From an uncultured Candidatus Peribacteria bacterium (GTDB taxonomy: Bacteria; Patescibacteriota; Gracilibacteria; Absconditabacterales; Absconditicoccaceae): a stretch of DNA of 64,000 nt. The translations under genes were made by a program, and so were the position numbers. Of the stretch, positions 57,031 through 64,000 are shown piece after piece. The stretch covers positions 17,207-81,206 of the forward strand of contig CAYSER010000002.1 of the NCBI GenBank assembly GCA_964430205.1, read 5' to 3'. Positions within the stretch are counted from its first letter, which is position 1, and the number at the start of each line of letters is the position of its first letter. The notes under the pieces are model-generated. The model was given only the letters and a program-made list of their open reading frames with translations, was not told where the DNA came from and searched no databases.

Positions 57031-57672
57031 TTAATTGATTCTGATCTGACCTTTCGATTTTTCAAAGAGCTCTTTCTTGAATGCATCGATTGCTCCGTCG
57101 TTGATGATTAATTCGATAGAGGCATCTTTATCATAAGTTTCGTGTGTGATTTTTGCATCATATCTGTTCACAAGATTTTTTACGAGTGGCACGAGATCAA
57201 AGGAATAACTGAAAGCGATTTTTCTCATGATTTCCGCGTCGATTATCTTTGCATGCTCGATCGCTTGTTTAGCACATTCGCCATAGGCTTGGATAAGCCC
57301 TCCCACTCCTAGCAATGTCCCTCAGAAATATCTGGTCACGACTACTAGGACGTTATGCAATTCGTGTCATTGGATCTGTGCGAGGATGGGTTTGCCTGCC
57401 GTATTCGTCGGTTCTCCTTCATCGCTCTGCTTGGTGTATTCGGGAGTGATTTCTAGCTTTCCGAAGAGATCGTAATTCACTTGCGTGCCGTATCTGTATG
57501 CATAGCAATTGTGTGTCGCGTCACGATATCTCTCATGGATGATTTTCAGATATTGCTCTGCTTCTTCCTTGTTTGCTATATGAAAAACATTTCCGATGAA
57601 TCTCGATCATTTGATCTTCGGAATCTCATGTTCGCAATGTTGCTGTATGGTTTTGTAGAAGAACTTTGTCAT
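57031..57672 (-). CDS. yigZ: IMPACT/YigZ family protein (213 aa)
   Basis: Track ORF 57031..57315 extended to ATG 57672. SDEGEPTNTAGKPIL. VVVTRYF-G(TGA)-GTLLGVGGLIQAY. TAA stop. Confidence 0.8.
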
Positions 57673-57736
57673 AATTTCTAAATTTCAATGGCTAATTTCT
57701 AAACCTATTATTTGGATTATCGTCTAGAGAAGAAGA

Positions 57737-58267
57737 TTATCTTTCTATGATCTTGTCCGCTACGAAGTCTATCAATACAGATGGCCTGCCTCATCATATT
57801 CCTCCATCGATGATATAGTCCACTTGGGAGGTTATCTCTTCCGGAAGATCCTTGATGTCTATAATCACCGGTTCTCCGCTGATATTGCAAGAAGTCGTGA
57901 TGAACGGCTTTCAGAGTTGTTCTACGAATCATTGGAATGGATGTTTGATGATCCTGACCCCTGGTTGATCGTGTCTGAAGATATAGGTGATTCCGTGATA
58001 CTTCTCCATATATATTTTCAATTCGTCATTGGGAAGCGGTGATTCGTAATTTTTTCCTATCCGTTCAAAGCTAGGGGCGATGATGGAAAATAGTTTTTGG
58101 GTATCTCTCTTCTTGATCGCAAATATCTTCTCTACGTTTTCTTTGTTGTATATCGCTCCTATACCATAGATCGTATCGGTCGGATATACAAAGAGCTTCC
58201 CCGCTTCAGCTTCCTTTACGTAAAAATTTTTATGCTGGAGAAATTCACCTAATGCTATTATTTTCAT
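57737..58267 (-). CDS. tsaC: L-threonylcarbamoyladenylate synthase (TsaC/YrdC-type, 176 aa)
   Basis: ATG 58267 (MKIIALGEF...). VYPTDTIYGIGA. Continues past TGA 57929: ITTSCNISGEP...DYIIDGGI-G-G-GRPSVLIDF. TAA 57737..57739. Confidence 0.75.
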
Positions 58268-58366
58268 ATGATTATACGGTATGAATTGAAAGATGGGAAT
58301 GGGGGATGACGGAAAGCCGAAATCTTCATATCTCAATGCTTGCCAATTTCAATATTTCCGCATTGA

Positions 58367-58948
58367 CTATAAGTCGGTCTTTACGCTGACCTTGAATTCC
58401 GAGGTAATCAGTATGGTTACTATTCCATGGAGAAGTATCCGGACGGGCGTCAATTTGATGAATTGGAACATATACGGATTGTTCGCTACGCTTTGTGCCA
58501 AGCTTGAGATCGAAGCAATATTGATCCCGTTGATTCCGAGTATCGCTATCTGCAAGGTGAGTACCATGCTGACTACGGTCAAGGGGACGAATATTAGTTG
58601 TAGCATCTTTTTTATGGCTTCATCACTCGGTAATCCTATCCTTATCTTGGATGTCCTATAGATCACTACCAATAAGGTGACATAGATGATCAGTACGATC
58701 GTCATATTTCCATCATTCAGGAATGTGGCGATCTTGTCATAGGTAAATCCCAACGCCTTCTGGTCGGGCGTCAGTTTCAGCGCTTCAGCGCCTAACGCTA
58801 TAGATTGTCCTGCGGCTAGGCATATACTGCTCAAAATATAATTTCCCAGGATGATCTTGATCATCTTATCTATGCCTATGGTGAACGAGAATATCACCAA
58901 CACGCCCACGAAGATTACTATGCCGTATGTGATTAGATTCTCTGTCAT
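58367..58948 (-). CDS. polytopic membrane protein, hypothetical (193 aa)
   Basis: Uninterrupted ORF with a TAG stop and five or six hydrophobic segments. Confidence 0.6.
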   Translation of the reverse strand: MTENLITYGIVIFVGVLVIFSFTIGIDKMIKIILGNYILSSICLAAGQSIALGAEALKLTPDQKALGFTYDKIATFLNDGNMTIVLIIYVTLLVVIYRTSKIRIGLPSDEAIKKMLQLIFVPLTVVSMVLTLQIAILGINGINIASISSLAQSVANNPYMFQFIKLTPVRILLHGIVTILITSEFKVSVKTDL

Positions 58949-59084
58949 ACTTACGTTACAAGGTAAAAGGTAACTTTCAAAACCTTCTCAACAGGTTAGT
59001 AGGCAAAACCGAATCAGTTTTACATTGAAAAATGCGTCGCTATGTATACAGTATCATTCTACTGCTTTATTAGTATCCAATTCG

Positions 59085-59783
59085 ATGAGGTTTTCAACCA
59101 AAAGATGATTCACCTTACGGGAGATTCTTCTTGTCGTCATTGTCGTTTCTGTCGGCTTGATGTCTGTTATCGTAGCATTGACCAATGGCATCAAATACGT
59201 CCAGAAGACAAGACAGAGGGTCATTGCCATCAACCTCGCGAGAGAGGGAATGGAAGCGATCTATCAGATAAGGGATACCAACTGGACGAGATGGGCATGA
59301 GTCAAGGATCAATGCCGACTCAAGATCGATCCGTTGACTGATGAATGAGAAGAATGATGCATGAATGATGATGTTCGATTCTCTACCTGAAATTACCTAC
59401 TCCAAAGCATATATAACGATTGACAGACATATTTTGCATTGACATGACGCAGTGATACGATCATCGATCTTAGCGATGGTATCAATGATGATGAACATGC
59501 ATATGCGTTATGTCAACATACGTGATATCGGGAAGCGTGTTTCTCTTGAGAAACCTCTACCACTTCCGAAGGAAGATATTTTAGGCAGATAGAATGAATC
59601 TGACTCTATCGCAAGAATTCGACTGCCACTTGAGGAGAACTTATGGATTGCACTACCTCCCAAGGTGAATGCGGCGATAGCTCATCGAAAGAATTCCGTT
59701 TCTGCAGTAAGGTGTATTATGCAGGAGAGCAATATGGTGAAGAGAAGATATGCGGAGCTATAACTAACTTCAAATGAGAATAG
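59085..59783 (+). CDS. type IV pilin / pseudopilin-like protein (232 aa)
   Basis: MRFSTKR-G(TGA 59106..59108)-FTLREILLVVIVVSVGLMSVIVALTNG is a class-III (prepilin) signal with Glu at +5. 13 in-frame TGA and no TAA/TAG (checked codon by codon) until TAG 59781..59783. The track shows only an out-of-frame ORF here. Confidence 0.75.
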
Positions 59784-59900
59784 ATTATAGCCTTTAGCCC
59801 GTGATTTTTAGAACAAGAAATCAGCAGGTAATGACGATAGTCCATAAGATACTATACCATCATTATTCATTATTACTTATTAATCATTAATTGATGTAGT

Positions 59901-62120
59901 ATGGATGTTAAGGAATTAGAGAAGTTCTTCGATTATAAGCCATTCTTGGATCAGCATCCAGAGGTCATTCTGGATAAGATTATCCATATGGCGAAAGAAT
60001 ATCTTCCTGATGATCAGATTCCATGAATATCCAAGGCGTATGAGTATGCTTTGGAAAAGCATCAATGACAGACCAGGCTCTCCGGAGAGCCATATATCGT
60101 TCATCCGTTGAGAGCGACAGAGTTCCTGATGGAGATCAAGCCGGATATTGAGACTATACAGACCTGTCTCCTCCATGATGTTATAGAGGATTGCAATGTC
60201 TCCGAAGATGATATCGAAAAGGAATTTGGTGCAGAGGTAGCATCGCTGTGCGAATGAATGGTCAAAGTATCCAAGATCAAATATAAATGAGAAGACAGAC
60301 ATCTGGAGACACTCAAGAAAACCTTTCTTGCGATGGCTCGTGATTTGAGAGTCATCTTCGTGAAACTCGCTGACCGTACCCATAATATCCAGACGCTCTA
60401 TTATCATCCGAACCCGGTCAAGAGACAGAAGATCGCTCAGGAGACGATGAAGATCTTTGTGCCTATAGCCAAGAGACTCGGACTCTATCATTATCAGCTC
60501 TATCTTGAGAATGGGTCGTTCAAGGTATTGGAAGAGGCCGCCTTCAACGAGATCTTTACCTATCTCAAGAAATATTTCGGCGACGGAGAGAAATATACGG
60601 AAAGAGGTATCAAGATCCTCGAGCAGATGCTGCAGAAGGAAGGTATTGAAAATTTCGAGATCAAGGGCAGGATCAAGAGCCCTTTCAGGATTTATGAGAA
60701 GCTCCAGAATAGGTATAAGACCACTGAAATCAGTACGGTCATGGATCTGCTTGCATATAGGGTCATCACCCAGACCGTCAGCGATTGTTATATGATCCTC
60801 TGAATCATCCACAAATACTACACCCCGTTGATCAAGAAGATCAAAGATTATATAGCGGTTCCTAAATTCAATGGTTATCAAAGCATCCATACTACTGTTC
60901 TCGGTATGTTCCGTTTCCCTATCGAGATCCAGATTAGGACGCACACCATGGAGGATGTCGCTGAATTCGGCGTTGCAGCACACTTCGCGTATACGGAACA
61001 CAATGCTCCTGTCAAGGTATCGCAGCAGCAAGGCGATCGGATCAAGAAGCTCCAAGAGATCGTCAATACCTATACCTCTATAGAGGATAGGGAGCAATTC
61101 AAGAAAGATCTCAATATAGAAGTCTTCGAAAGACGTATCTTCCTCTATACTCCTCAAGGCGATGTAATCGAGTTGCCCGCAGGAAGCACCGTTTTGGATT
61201 TTGCTTTCGCTGTACATAGCAATATCTGATTGTCATTCAAGAATGCTATCGTTAATTGAGATATCAAACCCATCAGCTATATGCCCGAGACGGGAGATGT
61301 TATCAAGATCAATACGTTCAAGAATAAGTATTCCGCCAACAAGCGTCGGTTGGAATTCCTTCATACGTCCGGAGCCAAGAATAATCTCACCAAATTCCTC
61401 AAGATGCAGCAGAAGGATCAGCTCATCGCTCAGGCTGTCGATGAATTGAATAAACATCTTAAGGCTTTGTGATTGCCGTTACTTCATGCATCCGAAGATC
61501 TGATCAGCAAAAAATATCCAAAGGATGAACTTGAGAAAAAACTGTTCGAGGTATTGGATAAGAAAGAGAGCTATACTCATTTCATCAAATCCGTCTATCC
61601 TACAGAAATCGCCCTCCAGCAGAAACCGATTCCCATTGCCCGCAAGGCTGTTTCCAAAGAACTGCATGATCTCAGACAGAATTTGGCTGTTGTCGTGGAT
61701 GGCGATACCTTGATTAACTATTGTTTCTGTCCGGAATGCAAGCCTAAGCTATGATCCAAGATCATCGCTAAGACGGGGAGGGATGGTATCAAAATCCATT
61801 CCGTGGATTGTAGATGAACAAAGACCATCGCTTTCGATAAATTGCTCGAAGCACATCGGCTCGGAGAATCTGAGAATCATTATATGCTCTCTCTGGAGTT
61901 CACTATGACCACTAAACAGGGGAAAATGCTCAATATGCTCAAAATCTTCGCAGAACTCAATATCCGTGTCCTTCAGGTGACGATGAAGAATCTTGACAAT
62001 AATTTGAGCATGATCGCTTTTGAGACAGAATTTTCCAATCCTGGAAAGATCGCGTTTCTCTTGAACAGCTTGAAAAAATATGATGATTCCCTAAAAGTGA
62101 CCAAAAAGACGATAACGTAA
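59901..62120 (+). CDS. relA: bifunctional (p)ppGpp synthetase/hydrolase, RelA/SpoT homolog (739 aa)
   Basis: Joins five track ORFs in one frame. HD domain KHQ-G(TGA 60066..60068)-QTRLSGEPYIVHPL and LLHDVIED. Synthetase domain DYIAVPKFNGYQSIHTTV...EIQIRTHTMEDVAEFGVAAHFAY. TGS and ACT-like C-terminus. TAA 62118..62120. Confidence 0.9.
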
Positions 62121-62255
62121 CCTAATGGATAATGGATAGTGAATAATGAAAAACGATTGTTTTGCTTGCTATGAACTCTTGTAGGTATATTATAGTCTGT
62201 AAGGATACACTATCAACATTATTCATTCTTGATTTTTAATTCTTAATTGTAGTTA

Positions 62256-62723
62256 ATGGGTACTTGAGTAGGCTTTGTCCTTGATAAATCTTCTCGATCA
62301 TTATCATCGCTCTTTGGCGCGACAGGAGTAGCGCTTCGATTGAATATCCTTTCTATCTTTTTCATCTTCTTGCGAGTGATCGCCATCATACGAGTCACGA
62401 GAGATATCATCCATAGGACCAATAGTTTCAGTCTCCAGATCGTCAGCATATTGTTCGTCACTTTCTTGACGCCGCTCGTAGGATTGCCGCTCTATCTCTT
62501 GATCAGGCCTATGAGCTATAAGCACGATAGGATACCTCGGAGAGAAGCGTGTGCATCCAATCTCATAGCTTGCTACAACTGCAATACGCTCAATCCCAAG
62601 GAATATGACTGCTGTGTCGTATGTGGTGAAAGATTGAAGGTGAAATGCAAGGAATGCCAGAATACGTACGCGCATTCGTATTCTTATTGCAATGTCTGCG
62701 GCGCTCCGAATATCGATATGTAA
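62256..62723 (+). CDS. membrane protein with a C-terminal double zinc-ribbon (155 aa)
   Basis: ATG 62256 upstream of track ORF 62340.. (one TGA). Two hydrophobic helices, then CYNC...CVVC...CKEC...CNVC. TAA stop. Confidence 0.55.
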
Positions 62724-62790
62724 AAACTAATTGAGCATTACTAACAAAATCATGCATCATTAATCAGTCATTATTCATTCACCAATAGTT

Positions 62791-63912
62791 ATGTTTCTCG
62801 CTTTCTCTTTGGTATTGCTTTTCGTCGTCATCGGAATCCTGGCTTCCGTCTATTCCATCTTTTTCCCTTTCATGCAGAATCTCTGATCAGCGAGCGACTA
62901 TCATACAGCATATTATGGCGCGGTGACCGCTCTTGAAAGAGCTGAACTCGTCTTGAAATACAAAGGGCCCTGATTTGAATGATCATGATGATTTCTCTGA
63001 GACTCTGCCTACGGCCCTGCTAGCGATTATACTCCTGCGCTTCTTCCCGGTTTACAGGAATGACTGGGATGGAACATATCGTCTAGGACAACGACGATAC
63101 CGATGTCTGGTATGGGGAATGTCGACCCGATGCTTGTCACCTGAGATAGCCGCGATTATAATCAGCTTGGATACGTGAATATAGAGAGATTCCTCCTCTA
63201 TTATGATCAGACCGATACTCCTTCTGCCTACTATGATTCTTGAGATTCTTCTTTCGCATTCTTTTCCGGTAATTCTATCACTTGAACCATCAGGCTGCCT
63301 CAAAGGGCGTTCACCGCTTTTTGACGAGATTCTAACGCTAAGCTCTGTGATGAATCTTCCCCATGTCCTTCTAGCGAGGAGCAGGAAAATGATACCGTCG
63401 CTGTTGCTTGGTCGCTTGTTGGATTGCACAATGGCAATGACTTCACCATTTTACCGACTTCGGATATTTTCTATGTCGCTCAACAAAAAGAAGTCAATTA
63501 TCCCAAAGATACGATGATCAGGGATTCTCTCATCAATGCTACCGGGAATATAGCGTTCCTTAATTCTTTTACGCCGATTGCAAACGATGGAGATTATTGA
63601 AATGCTCTTACCTGACATACCGTTATCTCCTCCGATGAATGAGAGATCATCGATAAAAATTTTCAAAATATCTTTGCTTCTACTGATTTTTCCGGATTGC
63701 GTCTTTCCTTCAATGCTGCGACCCTTTTCCGCGCATTCAACGGTTCTGTCTATCCGTACCTAGAATATCAATTCACTTTCCCGCAACCGATCTCTGATAG
63801 GTTCTACACCATCCAGTGAAAGGGCCGTGTCGGCGATTATGATGTGAACATTACGGTCAAGAAACCCACTGTGGAAGGAACTATCGGCAGCGATCTTACG
63901 ATAAGTCTGTAA
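62791..63912 (+). CDS. membrane-anchored Gly-rich hypothetical protein, possibly pilus-associated (373 aa)
   Basis: Open for 1,122 nt with 15 TGA and no TAA/TAG (checked line by line). N-terminal anchor MFLAFSLVLLFVVIGILASVYSIFF. The track shows only out-of-frame fragments. Confidence 0.6.
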
Positions 63913-64000
63913 TTCTTATCGTTTTTTTACTTGTTGAAAAAGGGAACAGATATTTTTTCCCTCATTCCTTGTTTTTCGTGTTTTCATCGAAATGCTGTGG

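Noticed and set aside
59916-61217. 433-aa minus-strand track ORF, together with other long ORFs: 16195..16941, 11926..12606, 9775..10344, 17554..18105, 38357..39073, 38805..39500, 46956..47744, 50685..51233, 30943..31422 and 34348..35031.
   Set aside because: Each lies antisense to, or out of frame with, a gene carrying strong family motifs or the long code-25 frame. Their sequences are low-complexity or Leu/Ile/Ser/Arg-rich shadow translations, and they are unrecognisable as proteins.

Overview
AT-rich bacterial chromosome segment that only reads correctly under genetic code 25 (TGA = Gly; SR1/Absconditabacteria and Gracilibacteria, Candidate Phyla Radiation). The supplied standard-code ORF track fragments almost every gene. 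When TGA is read as sense, the fragments join in frame into about 50 complete genes, with TAA or TAG as the only stops. The TGA codons fall on invariant glycines of enolase, TrmD, RelA/SpoT, RNase J, YchF, UvrC, RlmE and YigZ, on a kinase P-loop glycine, and on the -1 Gly of a prepilin.

Content from left to right:
- 1-23.2 kb: an accessory locus made up almost entirely of signal-peptide proteins. It holds two small genes, a four-gene plus-strand array, a T4SS-type pilin-like gene, and one giant 13,656-nt ORF (about 4,551 aa, 9550..23205, minus strand). That ORF appears in the track as 23 same-frame pieces.
- 23.4-33 kb: housekeeping and miscellaneous genes. These are an HD hydrolase, an O-methyltransferase, rnj, a Cas4-like nuclease, an apparently domain-permuted glycosyltransferase ORF, GNAT, trmD, a second T4SS-type pilin paralog and a DciA-like gene.
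- 33.8-44.7 kb: a minus-strand block of lineage-specific proteins (598, 1,384, 903 and 330 aa) interleaved with three paralogous small acidic proteins and a lipoprotein.
- 44.8-64 kb: housekeeping genes. These are uvrC, a sigma-r4/HARE-HTH protein, ychF, a CDF transporter, rlmE, a DUF45 peptidase, a Ser/Thr kinase, eno, a Ham1-family gene, yigZ, tsaC and relA/spoT. A type IV prepilin and a pilus-like partner flank relA/spoT.

Other structure:
- Two in-frame copies of a 51-nt palindromic repeat lie inside uvrC.
- Gene-specific 7-16 nt tandem repeats lie just upstream of many start codons, and one lies inside a CDS.
- A conserved 32-nt element lies upstream of several minus-strand genes at the left end.
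- There are several rho-independent terminators and at least one perfect sigma70-type promoter.

I found no rRNA, tRNA, CRISPR array, transposase or integrase. All family assignments are motif recognition by eye, and no database search was run.
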